Of a stretch of 64,000 nt of DNA, positions 30,966 through 41,462 are shown one piece after another. The notes under the pieces are model-generated. The model was not told the DNA's origin. It saw only the letters and a list, made by a program, of their open reading frames with translations, and did no database searches. The position numbers and the translations under genes were made by a program. Within the stretch, counting starts at the first letter, position 1. Every line of letters begins with the position of its first letter. This DNA is from Xanthobacteraceae bacterium (GTDB lineage: Bacteria; Pseudomonadota; Alphaproteobacteria; Rhizobiales; Xanthobacteraceae), in NCBI GenBank assembly GCA_035693615.1, contig DASSGH010000051.1, positions 12,608 through 76,607 of the forward strand. Direction: 5' to 3'.

Positions 30966-31885
30966 GCATGCGCGTCATCACGGTGTTCGGTGGAACCGGC
31001 TTTCTCGGCCGCCGCATCGTCGAACATCTGTGCGAGCACGGCTTCTTGGCTCGAATCGCATCAAGGCATGTGAACCGCAGTCGCGAGCTGTTTGGTCCGG
31101 ACGGCCCGCAATTTCAATCGATTGAGGCCGACATTCACGATCGAGCATCTATTGCCAATGCCTTTGTCGGCGCATACGGCGCAGTCAATGCGGTCAGTCT
31201 CTACGTCGAGCGGGGAGGGGAGACGTTTCATTCCGTGCATGTGGAGGCGGCGCGCCGTCTGGCCGCTCAGGCGCAGCAGGATGGTCTGGAACGGCTCGTC
31301 CACGCCTCCGGCATTGGCGCCGATGCGTCGTCTTCGTCGCTTTACATCCGCAAGCGCGGTGAGGGCGAACTGGCGGTTCGCGCCGCCTTTCCCGACGCGG
31401 TTATCGTTCGCCCGGCGGTGATGTTCGGGCCGAATGACGCGTTTCTAACGAGTCTTCTCGCGCTATTTCGCACGCTCCCCGTTTTTCCGATGTTCGGCCG
31501 CGGCCTCACCCGGTTGCAACCTGTCTATGTGGGCGACGTGGCCGAAGCAATTGCCAGGGCACTCGAACAGACCGAAAGGGACAGCCGTACATTCGAGTGT
31601 GGCGGGCCTCGCATTTACTCCTATGAGGAGTTGCTTAGGGCGGTGGCGCGCGAAGCCGGACTCGAACCGAGATTGATCCCGATGCCGTTTGCCGCCTGGC
31701 ATACACTGGCGCGCCTAGCGGAGATGCTTCCTAATGCGCCCGTGACCCGCAACCAGATCGAGCTGATGCAGGTCGATAACGTCGCCTCCCGGGACGTGCC
31801 AGGCTTTGCAGAGCTCGGAATTTCGCCTCGCCCGATAGAGGACATGCTCCGCGAGATGCTCGCTTGTCCGTCCGGCGGGCGCTAG
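30962..31885 (+). CDS. NAD(P)H-binding SDR-fold protein, complex I NDUFA9 subunit family
   Basis: The ATG at 30962 overlaps the phhB stop. The product begins MSMRVITVFGGTGFLGRRIV (Rossmann motif), and ...RPAVMFGPNDAFL... is typical of the NDUFA9/39-kDa family. Confidence 0.75.
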   Translation: MSMRVITVFGGTGFLGRRIVEHLCEHGFLARIASRHVNRSRELFGPDGPQFQSIEADIHDRASIANAFVGAYGAVNAVSLYVERGGETFHSVHVEAARRLAAQAQQDGLERLVHASGIGADASSSSLYIRKRGEGELAVRAAFPDAVIVRPAVMFGPNDAFLTSLLALFRTLPVFPMFGRGLTRLQPVYVGDVAEAIARALEQTERDSRTFECGGPRIYSYEELLRAVAREAGLEPRLIPMPFAAWHTLARLAEMLPNAPVTRNQIELMQVDNVASRDVPGFAELGISPRPIEDMLREMLACPSGGR

Positions 31886-32065
31886 CCCAGCCGGCATCTG
31901 GCGGCAGCCAATAGTTGGCGTTGGCGGGTACCTGCGCAACCCAGCGAAAATCTGCTCCGCGATTTCGGCATGGATAGCCGGCTGCAAATCGGGCTATAGC
32001 AAATGAGGCTATATCCGCATGGCCGCCGGCGCGCGCGGTCCTTTTTGTCTGTGCGACACTCAACC

Positions 32066-33280
32066 ATGGCGACTGCAGAACCGAACCATATCAAGCGCTC
32101 GATCGGCTTCATTAATTGGGCGCACGCGATCGACCACTACGTGATGCTGATCTTCCCGACCGTGGTGATCGGGCTGGAGATCGTTTACGGCCGCAGCTAT
32201 GCCGAGCTGATCGCGCTCGGCACGCCTGCCTTCATCGCGTTCGGCGTGTTCTCGCTGCCGGCCGGCTGGCTCGCCGACCGCTGGAGCCGGCGCAACATGA
32301 TGGCGGTGTTCTATGCCGGCTGCGGGCTGTCGCTGCTGGCAGCGGGGCTCGCACCCAATCTCATCGTGCTCGCGGCCGCGATGACGGCGCTCGGAGTATT
32401 CGCGGCGATCTATCATCCAGTCGGCACCGCCATGCTGGTCGAGCAAGCGACCTTGCGCGGCCGTTCGCTCGCCTTCAACGGCGTGTGCGGCAATCTTGGC
32501 GCGGCGCTCGCCGCCGGCGTCACCGCCGCGCTGATCGCAGGCCTGGGTTGGCGCGCGGCCTTCCTGGTGCCGGGCGCCATCTGCGTGGTGAGTGCCGTCG
32601 TCTATTTGCGCCTCGTTCCCGACGAAGCGCGAAAAGCAGCGAGCCGCGGCACCGTGGCGGACGTGCCGCTCGGCGCGGCGCTGGCGGCGACCATCTTCGG
32701 TCTGTTCGTCGTGATCGCGCTGTGCGCCGGGCTCGTCTTCAACATCGTGGCGGTTGCGCTGCCGAAGCTCGTCGATGAGCGGCTCGGCGCCGAGGTGCCG
32801 CTTCTCCTCGTCGGCGGAATCGCGACCCTGATCTTCATGTGTGGTGCGTTGGCTCAGATCGCGGTCGGCCGGCTGGTGGAGAAATTCCCGCTGCACATCC
32901 TGTTCGCGGCGGTCGCGAGCCTGCAGTTTCTCGGCGTGCTGTGGGCGGCGCAATCAACCGGCAAGGTGCTGATCGTCGCGCTTGCGGTGGCCATGGCCGC
33001 GATCTACGCGCAAGTCACCGTCAACGACCTGGTGATCGCCCGCTACACCGCCGACGCCTGGCGTGGGCGCATCTACGCGGTGCGCTATTTCCTGACGTTC
33101 CTCGCCTCGGGTGCGGCGGTAACGGCGCTTGCGTTCCTCTACGGCCGCGGGGGCTTTGGCTTGGTGCTGGGAACGACCGCCACCATCGCGCTCGGCTTCG
33201 TATTCGCCACCGCCGCGATCGCCGTGCTGGTCAACGGGGTTGAAAAGTCACGCGCGCGGGCGATAGCGCCCGCGGAGTGA
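32066..33280 (+). CDS. MFS transporter
   Basis: I prefer the start at MATAEPNH (32066). It has about 12 hydrophobic helices and an LADRWSRR loop motif. Confidence 0.8.
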   Translation: MATAEPNHIKRSIGFINWAHAIDHYVMLIFPTVVIGLEIVYGRSYAELIALGTPAFIAFGVFSLPAGWLADRWSRRNMMAVFYAGCGLSLLAAGLAPNLIVLAAAMTALGVFAAIYHPVGTAMLVEQATLRGRSLAFNGVCGNLGAALAAGVTAALIAGLGWRAAFLVPGAICVVSAVVYLRLVPDEARKAASRGTVADVPLGAALAATIFGLFVVIALCAGLVFNIVAVALPKLVDERLGAEVPLLLVGGIATLIFMCGALAQIAVGRLVEKFPLHILFAAVASLQFLGVLWAAQSTGKVLIVALAVAMAAIYAQVTVNDLVIARYTADAWRGRIYAVRYFLTFLASGAAVTALAFLYGRGGFGLVLGTTATIALGFVFATAAIAVLVNGVEKSRARAIAPAE

Positions 33281-33442
33281 TGTGCAGGCTCCCCCGCAAT
33301 GAACTGAGCGCTTGCTGTGCCTTAAAGGCAAAGCGGCTATGGCGATCCTGGATTCGCCACGTCATGGATCGTCGGCTATGACGTCTGTCGTCGGCGGGCG
33401 ACCACCTGAAACGATTCTCAGCTGAGAACGGGGGAGGTCGAG

Positions 33443-36076
33443 ATGCGCAGGAGGAGGCTCGGCGATGGAGCTGGCGCTGTAACCGACGTCGGCGACGGGG
33501 GCGATCTCGAGGGTGTGCCCTTTTTGCCCCCCGCGTCCGCGACACGATTGACAGACGCTGCCGCCGTGACGAGCGCTCCCGCCGTGTCAGGCGCCGCTCC
33601 CGTGCCAGGCATTGGCTCATTGGCAGTCGTTGCGTCCGCCCCGCCGGCGGCCGCTGCGGCAAGCGCCTATTCCGTCGCGTCGCCGGCGCCAAACGCGGCG
33701 ACGGGCGAAGTTGGCCCCACTGGCGCCACACCGGACCAAGTTCGCCAGACGCTGAACGCGACAAATCTCAGCGTCACCGGCGCAGGCTTCACGGTCGGCG
33801 TCCTATCCGACAGCTTCGACTATCTGGGCGGGGCGGCGGCGGACGAAGCCAACGGGGCGCTGCCGCCCGCCTCGCAAGTGAGCGTGCTGAAGGACCTCCC
33901 GAACCCCAACAACCCCCCCGGCTCGGACGAGGGGCGCGCGATGATGCAGATCGTGCACGACGTCGCCCCTGGCGCCAATCTCGACTTCTACACCGCCTTT
34001 GTCAGCCAGCAGGATTTCGCCGCCGGAATCCTCGCCCTCGCCAACAACGCAGGGTGTCGCGTCATCTGCGACGACGTCGGCTATTTCGCTGAACCATTCT
34101 ACCAGACGGGTATCGTGGGCAATGCGATCCAGACGGTCGAGCAAGAAGGCGTCATCTACCTCACGTCGGCGGGCAACAGTGGCTCGGTCGGCTATCAAGC
34201 CGCGTGGAACCCGATCCAGATGGCGACTGTCGGCTCAACGGTCCTTCGCAACACCCAGGATTTTGGCAACGGCAGTCCAACACAAACCGTCACGGTCGCG
34301 CCCGACCAGGACGGCTCGAACGCAAGGTTCGTCGTTCAATGGAACCAGCCCTTCGGGGCAGCGACATCGAACCTCGAAGTCGTGGTGTTCTTAAACAACG
34401 TTGTCGTCGCGACCGTCACGGGAAATGGGCGCGATCCCGTTATCATATTCACGCTCCCACCGGGGGAAACCTATACGATTGCCATTCAAAACTTGTCCGG
34501 TCCCAATCCGGGCCTCATCAGAGAGGCTGCCGTCAGCAACGCTAGTCTGGTCACGATGCAGGGTGCAAACGCGGGCACCACGCAAGGTCACGTAAACTCG
34601 CCCTACGCCCTCGCGGTGGGAGCGGTGAATGCGGCGAACACTCCGGGTCTGGGCGGCACGCTCCGGAGCGAAAATTTCTCGGCGAGCGGGGCCGGGACGC
34701 AACTCTGGTTCAATAACGATGGCTCGGCCATTCCCGGTGGACCCCTCGTTTTTAATCCGGTTGCGGTCTCCGGCATCGACAACATCAACACCACCGTCCC
34801 AAAGTTTGACCCATTTTTCGGCACGTCGGCTGCGGCGCCAAGCGTGGCCGGCGTGGTCGCCGACATGCTGCAGGCGAACCCCAATCTGACGTTCGCGCGG
34901 GTCAAGCAGACCTTGCAGCAGACGGCGTTACCCTTCGGCGATCCGCTCGTCGCCGGTGCGGGTTTGGTCGACGCCGCGGCCGCCGTACAGCTCGCGCTGC
35001 AAACGGCAACATTCGCCACCACCGCGAACTTGGTGCTGCGAACGAAGGTTCTTGATCCGGCCAGCCCCAACCAAAGCCTCTATCGAATCTACAGTATCGG
35101 AAGCGACGCGCTCCTGGCGGCGAACCAGCTGGGCAAAGTTGGAAGCGATTATGGATTTGTCACGCTCGGCAGCTTTTTCGACGGCGACACAGCCGACATG
35201 TTGCTGCGCAGCTCCACCAGCGGCGCATTCCAGGTCTATAACATCGCCCCCAACAGCAACAATCTCATAGGTTCGGCCTCGCTGGGTGCGGTCGGATTGA
35301 ACTGGCAGTTCTCTGGCACCGGGAATTTCAGCAGCCTCGGCGAGACCGACATGCTCCTGCGCGACGCCAATAGCGGCGGCTTGCAGGTCTACAACATCAG
35401 CAACAATCAAATCATCGGCTCCGCCTTCATGGGCGCGGTGGGATTGAATTGGCAGTTCTCGGGCATCGGCAATTTCAGCGGCCGCGGCACGAGCGATATG
35501 CTGCTGCGCGACGCCAATACCGGGGGACTGCAGGCCTACAACATCAACAGCAATCAGATCACCGGCTCTGCCTTTATGGGCGCGGTCGGGGTGGATTGGC
35601 AGTTCTCCGGCGTCGGCAACTTCAGCAGCGCCCCCGGCGAAAGCGATCTCTTGTTGCGCAACGTCAACACCGGCGGGCTCTTGCTCTATGACATTGCCAA
35701 CAATCAGATCACCGGCTCGTTCTTCCTGGGCAACGTCGGGCTCGACTGGCAGTTCGCGGGCGTCGCTTCCATCAGCGCCGCCGGCGCCTCCGATCTCGTG
35801 CTGCGTAACAATCTCGGCGCGTTTCAGGCCTACACCATCGCGGGCAATAATCTCGTGGGATCAGCCAGCTTAGGCGCGCCCGGCCCGGATTGGCAGCTTG
35901 GCGGCTTCGCGTCCAGCACTCCGACCGGCTCCATGGGCAGCTTGGACGGCTCAACCTCTCAGCTCGTGCAGGCGATGGCTGGTTTTGATGGCGGTGGCGG
36001 CGCTGGCAATCTGAACACTGTTCCTCTCGGCGCCGACACATCACAACAGACGTTTCTGACAACGCCGCACGCGTGA
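33443..36076 (+). CDS. S8 (subtilisin-like) serine peptidase fused to C-terminal FG-GAP/VCBS-like repeats
   Basis: 877 aa, with GGGGGAGG 4 nt before the ATG. Candidate triad contexts are GVLSDSFD (Asp), IVHDVAPGA (His) and GTSAAAPSVAGV (Ser). Five to six roughly 47-aa repeats of form G.(N/D)WQF.G.GNF...G..D(M/L)LLR....G.L..Y.I..N. Confidence 0.
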   Translation: MRRRRLGDGAGAVTDVGDGGDLEGVPFLPPASATRLTDAAAVTSAPAVSGAAPVPGIGSLAVVASAPPAAAAASAYSVASPAPNAATGEVGPTGATPDQVRQTLNATNLSVTGAGFTVGVLSDSFDYLGGAAADEANGALPPASQVSVLKDLPNPNNPPGSDEGRAMMQIVHDVAPGANLDFYTAFVSQQDFAAGILALANNAGCRVICDDVGYFAEPFYQTGIVGNAIQTVEQEGVIYLTSAGNSGSVGYQAAWNPIQMATVGSTVLRNTQDFGNGSPTQTVTVAPDQDGSNARFVVQWNQPFGAATSNLEVVVFLNNVVVATVTGNGRDPVIIFTLPPGETYTIAIQNLSGPNPGLIREAAVSNASLVTMQGANAGTTQGHVNSPYALAVGAVNAANTPGLGGTLRSENFSASGAGTQLWFNNDGSAIPGGPLVFNPVAVSGIDNINTTVPKFDPFFGTSAAAPSVAGVVADMLQANPNLTFARVKQTLQQTALPFGDPLVAGAGLVDAAAAVQLALQTATFATTANLVLRTKVLDPASPNQSLYRIYSIGSDALLAANQLGKVGSDYGFVTLGSFFDGDTADMLLRSSTSGAFQVYNIAPNSNNLIGSASLGAVGLNWQFSGTGNFSSLGETDMLLRDANSGGLQVYNISNNQIIGSAFMGAVGLNWQFSGIGNFSGRGTSDMLLRDANTGGLQAYNINSNQITGSAFMGAVGVDWQFSGVGNFSSAPGESDLLLRNVNTGGLLLYDIANNQITGSFFLGNVGLDWQFAGVASISAAGASDLVLRNNLGAFQAYTIAGNNLVGSASLGAPGPDWQLGGFASSTPTGSMGSLDGSTSQLVQAMAGFDGGGGAGNLNTVPLGADTSQQTFLTTPHA
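35141..35917 (+). repeat. in-frame tandem coding repeats (about 141-147 bp unit, 5 full copies plus a partial one) inside the S8 peptidase gene
   Basis: Repeated peptide blocks are GLNWQFSGTGNFSSLGETDMLLRDANSGGLQVYNISNNQIIGSAFMGAV, GLNWQFSGIGNFSGRGTSDMLLRDANTGGLQAYNINSNQITGSAFMGAV, and so on. Confidence 0.8.
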
Positions 36077-36082
36077 GACGGC

Positions 36083-36112
36083 GAGGGGCCGCCAATTGGC
36101 GGCCCCTCTTTT
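36083..36112. terminator. bidirectional intrinsic terminator between the convergent S8 peptidase and groEL genes
   Basis: GAGGGGCCGCC-aatt-GGCGGCCCCTC is a perfect 11-bp stem followed by TTTT. Confidence 0.8.
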
Positions 36113-36142
36113 CGCATACGACAGCGATTTCAAAAGCTATCG

Positions 36143-37807
<1,665 letters not shown>

Positions 37808-37831
37808 TTAAAGGCGAGCCGATGAATCGCG

Positions 37832-38146
37832 TCAGGCCGCCTTCTTCCTGGCGACGCCCTCTTCGATGACGCCCATGACGTCGCTCTCCTTCATGATTAG
37901 GAGCTCTTCGCCGTCGATCTTGACCTCGGTGCCGGACCATTTGCCGAACAGCACCCGGTCGCCGACCTTGATGTCGATGGGGATCAGTTTGCCGGCCTCG
38001 TCGCGGCCGCCGGGGCCCACGGCGATGACCTCGCCCTGGGAGGGCTTCTCTTTGGCCGTGTCGGGAATGATGATGCCGCCGGCGGTCTTCTCTTCGGCAT
38101 CGATGCGCTTGACGACAATGCGGTCGTGAAGCGGACGAAACTTCAT
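37832..38146 (-). CDS. groS: co-chaperonin GroES
   Basis: 104 aa, [35 protein letters not shown]. Confidence 0.97.
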   Translation of the reverse strand: MKFRPLHDRIVVKRIDAEEKTAGGIIIPDTAKEKPSQGEVIAVGPGGRDEAGKLIPIDIKVGDRVLFGKWSGTEVKIDGEELLIMKESDVMGVIEEGVARKKAA

Positions 38147-38276
38147 GGTGTCCTCCTAAGTTTCTGGCAGGATTTGAGATTAGCCAAGTGCAGGACGGCA
38201 AAGGTGACTTTGCCGCTTAGTTCAGTGCGCGACATAGGGGCCCAATTCGAGCCCGCAAGAGGCGTCCGGAAAAAAT

Positions 38277-38303
38277 TTAGCACTCTTGGGAACGGAGTGC
38301 CAA
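38277..38303. promoter_or_regulatory. CIRCE-like HrcA operator upstream of groES
   Basis: TTAGCACTC-ttgggaacg-GAGTGCCAA compared with the consensus TTAGCACTC-N9-GAGTGCTAA (one mismatch), 131 nt upstream of the groES start. Confidence 0.75.
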
Positions 38304-38502
38304 GTCAAATTTGGCAATCTCAGGGGCGAAGTGCCAAGCCTCCGGCTGGGGCTGTGGGACGGGTCGTAATGCCCCCAGCCAATTTGTCAGCAGTCCTGAC
38401 GCTATGCTGCTAACGCCTTGATTTTAGGAACTTTCTCCATCTTTTGATCTTGTTTGTATGGGAGGTAACGAACAGACTCGATGTCCGAATCGGAGGGCAT
38501 CC

Positions 38503-38802
38503 ATGGCATCTCAGCGACTTGCAAACCGAGAGTTCCCATCCAGAGATTTCCGCCGCCAGCTCGATGGCTATGGCCTCACCACGGCGCAAATCCTCTATCG
38601 CCTCCCCGATCATCCGTCCCTCCTGCAGACCTACGTCTGGCAGGACTACGATTTGTGTCCGCGCTTTCCGGTGCTCAACCGCTTTCTGGCGTTTTGGCTG
38701 GATAAGCTCGAGGGACCGCTCTACTCCGTCACGGTGGCCCACTCGCGGCTGATCAAGCCCGCGGAGCTTCGCGCAATCGGCGGCGAGTTCCGTTTGCACT
38801 GA
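38503..38802 (+). CDS. usg: Usg family protein
   Basis: The ATG at 38503 is preceded by GGAGGG. The product MASQRLANREFPSRDFRRQLDGYGLTTAQILYRLPDHPSLLQTYVWQDYD is the Usg protein pattern. Confidence 0.75.
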   Translation: MASQRLANREFPSRDFRRQLDGYGLTTAQILYRLPDHPSLLQTYVWQDYDLCPRFPVLNRFLAFWLDKLEGPLYSVTVAHSRLIKPAELRAIGGEFRLH

Positions 38803-38837
38803 CGGCGGAGCGGCCCCGGCCGGATCACCAGGCGTGC

Positions 38838-40091
38838 TCACGTCAGCACGCCGACGATCGCCCCCATGACGCAGGTCGCGATCGTCCCCGAGACGATCGA
38901 CTTGAGGCCGAGCGAGAGCACGTCGTCGCGCCGCTCCGGCGCCATGGTGGAAAGTCCGGCGATCATGATGCCGAGCGAGCCGAAATTGGCGAAGCCACAC
39001 ATCGCGTAGAGCAGGATCAGCCGCGAGCGCGGCTCGAGCGCCTCGGGCGGAAGCTTCGCCAGTTCAACGTAGGCGATGAGCTCGTTGAGGATGGTCTTGA
39101 TCCCCATCAAGCCGCCCGCGGTCGCCGCCTCGCTCCACGGAATGCCGAGCAGCCAGCACACCGGCGCCATGACATAGCCGAGCAGGCGTTGCAGCGTGAT
39201 CGGCGCACCCGCGACCTCGGGCAGGACGCCGGCGATGATCGCATTGGCGAGGTGCACCAGCGCGACCAGCACGATCAACATGGCGCAGATGTTGAGCAGC
39301 AGTTCGAGGCCGGTGGCAGTGCCTCTGACAATCGCGTCCATGGTGCTCGACGCGACCTTCGCCTCGTCGAATGTTTCGCCGCCGGTGTGCTGCGCGCTCG
39401 TCTCCGGCACCATGATGAGGCTGACGAGGATGGCGGCGGGCGCGCCCATCACTGAGGCGATGACGAAATGCGCTGCCGCATTCGGAACAACCGACCCAAG
39501 CAGAGTCGCGTAGAGCACCAGAACAGTGCCGGCGATGCCGGCCATGCCGCCGGTCATGACGATGAACAACTCGCTGCGCGTAAGTCGTGCCAGATACGGA
39601 CGGATGAATAGCGGCGCTTCGACCATGCCGAGAAAGATGTTCGCCGCGGTTGAGAGTCCGACCGCGCCGCCGACCTTGAGCGTGCGCTCGAGCACCCAGG
39701 AGAAACCGCGCACAACCGGCGGCAGGATGCCCCAATAAAACAAGAGCGTGGTCAAGACGCTCATCACCAGCACGATCGGCAATGCCTGCACCGCCAGCAC
39801 GAATTCCGCGCCGGACACTTTGAGCTCGAAGGGAAGTTGCCCGCCGCCGAGATAGCCGAACACGAACGAGGTGCCGGCCTTGCTTGCCGCCGAAATCGCA
39901 TCGACCGCGTTATTGATTGCGCCGAACGCGCGCGCGACGCCGGGCACCTTGAGCAGGACGACCGCGGTGACAAAGGTCACTATGAGGGCGACCGCCGCCT
40001 GCCTCCAGGCCACGGCGCGGCGATCTTCGCTGATGATCCAGGCAATGCCGAGCAGGGCGAAGACGCCGAATGCGGATTGGAGACTTTGCAT
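38838..40091 (-). CDS. nupC: NupC/NupG family nucleoside CNT transporter
   Basis: I prefer the start at MQSLQSAFGVFALLGIAWIISEDRR (40089-40091). The 417-aa polytopic protein has a sequence typical of concentrative nucleoside transporters. Confidence 0.85.
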   Translation of the reverse strand: MQSLQSAFGVFALLGIAWIISEDRRAVAWRQAAVALIVTFVTAVVLLKVPGVARAFGAINNAVDAISAASKAGTSFVFGYLGGGQLPFELKVSGAEFVLAVQALPIVLVMSVLTTLLFYWGILPPVVRGFSWVLERTLKVGGAVGLSTAANIFLGMVEAPLFIRPYLARLTRSELFIVMTGGMAGIAGTVLVLYATLLGSVVPNAAAHFVIASVMGAPAAILVSLIMVPETSAQHTGGETFDEAKVASSTMDAIVRGTATGLELLLNICAMLIVLVALVHLANAIIAGVLPEVAGAPITLQRLLGYVMAPVCWLLGIPWSEAATAGGLMGIKTILNELIAYVELAKLPPEALEPRSRLILLYAMCGFANFGSLGIMIAGLSTMAPERRDDVLSLGLKSIVSGTIATCVMGAIVGVLT

Positions 40092-40226
40092 TGCCCCTTG
40101 GTCGAGCGCGGGTTCGCGGCAGCAAGCCGGTCCGGCGTTGGCCGCGGGGTGCGTGCACGCCCCGCCGCCAGTTGCATCAGCGGGCAAAATGCGCCACGCC
40201 TGGGCGCGGGTCAACGGAGGCCGCCA

Positions 40227-40601
40227 ATGACGCGCATCCGCTTCGAGTTCGGCGCGCTCACGCTCGAGGCCGAACTCTTCGACACGCCGACGGCACAAGC
40301 CATCGCTACGGCGCTGCCGATCTCGTCCTCAGCGCTGACCTGGGGCGAAGAGGTCTACTTCGAGATCCCGGTCAAGGCCGCTCGCGAGAAGGATGCGCGC
40401 GCCGTGGTCACCCCCGGCGAGATCGCCTATTGGCCCGATGGTCACGCCATTGCGCTGGGCTTCGGCCGCACCCCGATCAGCCGCGGCGACGAGACGCGTC
40501 TCGCCAGCCCATGCAACATCTTCGGCAAGGTGGTCGGCGACGTGAAGATGCTGGCGAAGGTGAGGGCAGGGGCGAAGGTCACCGTCAAGCAAATCGATTA
40601 G
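40227..40601 (+). CDS. cyclophilin-like fold protein (DUF3830-like)
   Basis: The ATG at 40227 has a GGAGG RBS. The product is MTRIRFEFGALTLEAELFDTPTAQAI...GEIAYWPDGHAIALGFG. Confidence 0.65.
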   Translation: MTRIRFEFGALTLEAELFDTPTAQAIATALPISSSALTWGEEVYFEIPVKAAREKDARAVVTPGEIAYWPDGHAIALGFGRTPISRGDETRLASPCNIFGKVVGDVKMLAKVRAGAKVTVKQID

Positions 40602-40637
40602 CGCGTTGAGGGAGCCGAAGCCTGCTGCGAGTTCAAA

Positions 40638-41402
40638 TCATCCCCGCCCGACGAACGGCATCAGGTTGGCCATCACCGTCAAGAACAGCACGTTGGTGTC
40701 GAGGGGGAGATTGACGATATAGACGACGGCCCGGCCGACGTCGTCGGCGTTCATGCGCGCCTCGATCGCCATGCGCCCGTCCGCTTGCATCACGCCTTGG
40801 CCTTGCACCATGCGCTCCGTCAGCGGAGTTGCGGCATTGCCGATGTCGATCTGGCTGCAGGTGATGTTGTAGTCGCGGCAGTCGAGCGACGTCGATTTGG
40901 TCAGTCCCGTCACTGCGTGCTTGGTTGCGGTGTAGGCGACCGAGCGCGGGCGTGGGGTATGCGCGGAGATCGACCCGTTGTTGATGATGCGGCCGCCGCG
41001 CGGGTCCTGCGCCTTCATGATCCTGATCGCTTCCTGCGTGCACAAGAACATGCCGGTGAGATTGATATCGACGACTTGCTTCCAGGTCTCGTATGGCAGG
41101 TCCTCGAGTGGCACCGCCGGAGCGCCGATCCCGGCATTGTTGAAGAGGACGTCGAGACGCCCGAACGTATCCTTGGCCTTGGCGAATAGCGCCTTGATCG
41201 ATGCCGGATCGCTCACGTCCGTCGCCACGACGAGCGCTTTGGCGCCGGTCGATTTGCCCTCGTTCGCGGTTTCCTCCAGTTTGTCCTTGCGCCGGCCCGC
41301 CAACACGGCGGCGTAGCCTTCCTTCATCAGCGCCAGCGCCACCGCCTTGCCGATGCCGGTCCCCGCGCCGGTGACCAGTGCGACCTTTTGCAACTCAGCC
41401 AT
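40638..41402 (-). CDS. SDR family oxidoreductase
   Basis: 254 aa with the TGAGTGIG cofactor motif, NNAG and a YTATK catalytic motif. Confidence 0.85.
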   Translation of the reverse strand: MAELQKVALVTGAGTGIGKAVALALMKEGYAAVLAGRRKDKLEETANEGKSTGAKALVVATDVSDPASIKALFAKAKDTFGRLDVLFNNAGIGAPAVPLEDLPYETWKQVVDINLTGMFLCTQEAIRIMKAQDPRGGRIINNGSISAHTPRPRSVAYTATKHAVTGLTKSTSLDCRDYNITCSQIDIGNAATPLTERMVQGQGVMQADGRMAIEARMNADDVGRAVVYIVNLPLDTNVLFLTVMANLMPFVGRG

Positions 41403-41462
41403 CGTTCGACCCTCCGCAAATCAGGCCATTATCGTCATGGCCTATGCGTGGAGGCAATGCGG

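Noticed and set aside
35141-35917. Regular repeats that could be mistaken for a CRISPR-like or satellite array
   Set aside because: The repeats are in frame within the S8 peptidase ORF. They are imperfect at the DNA level, have no unique spacers, and encode FG-GAP-like blades.
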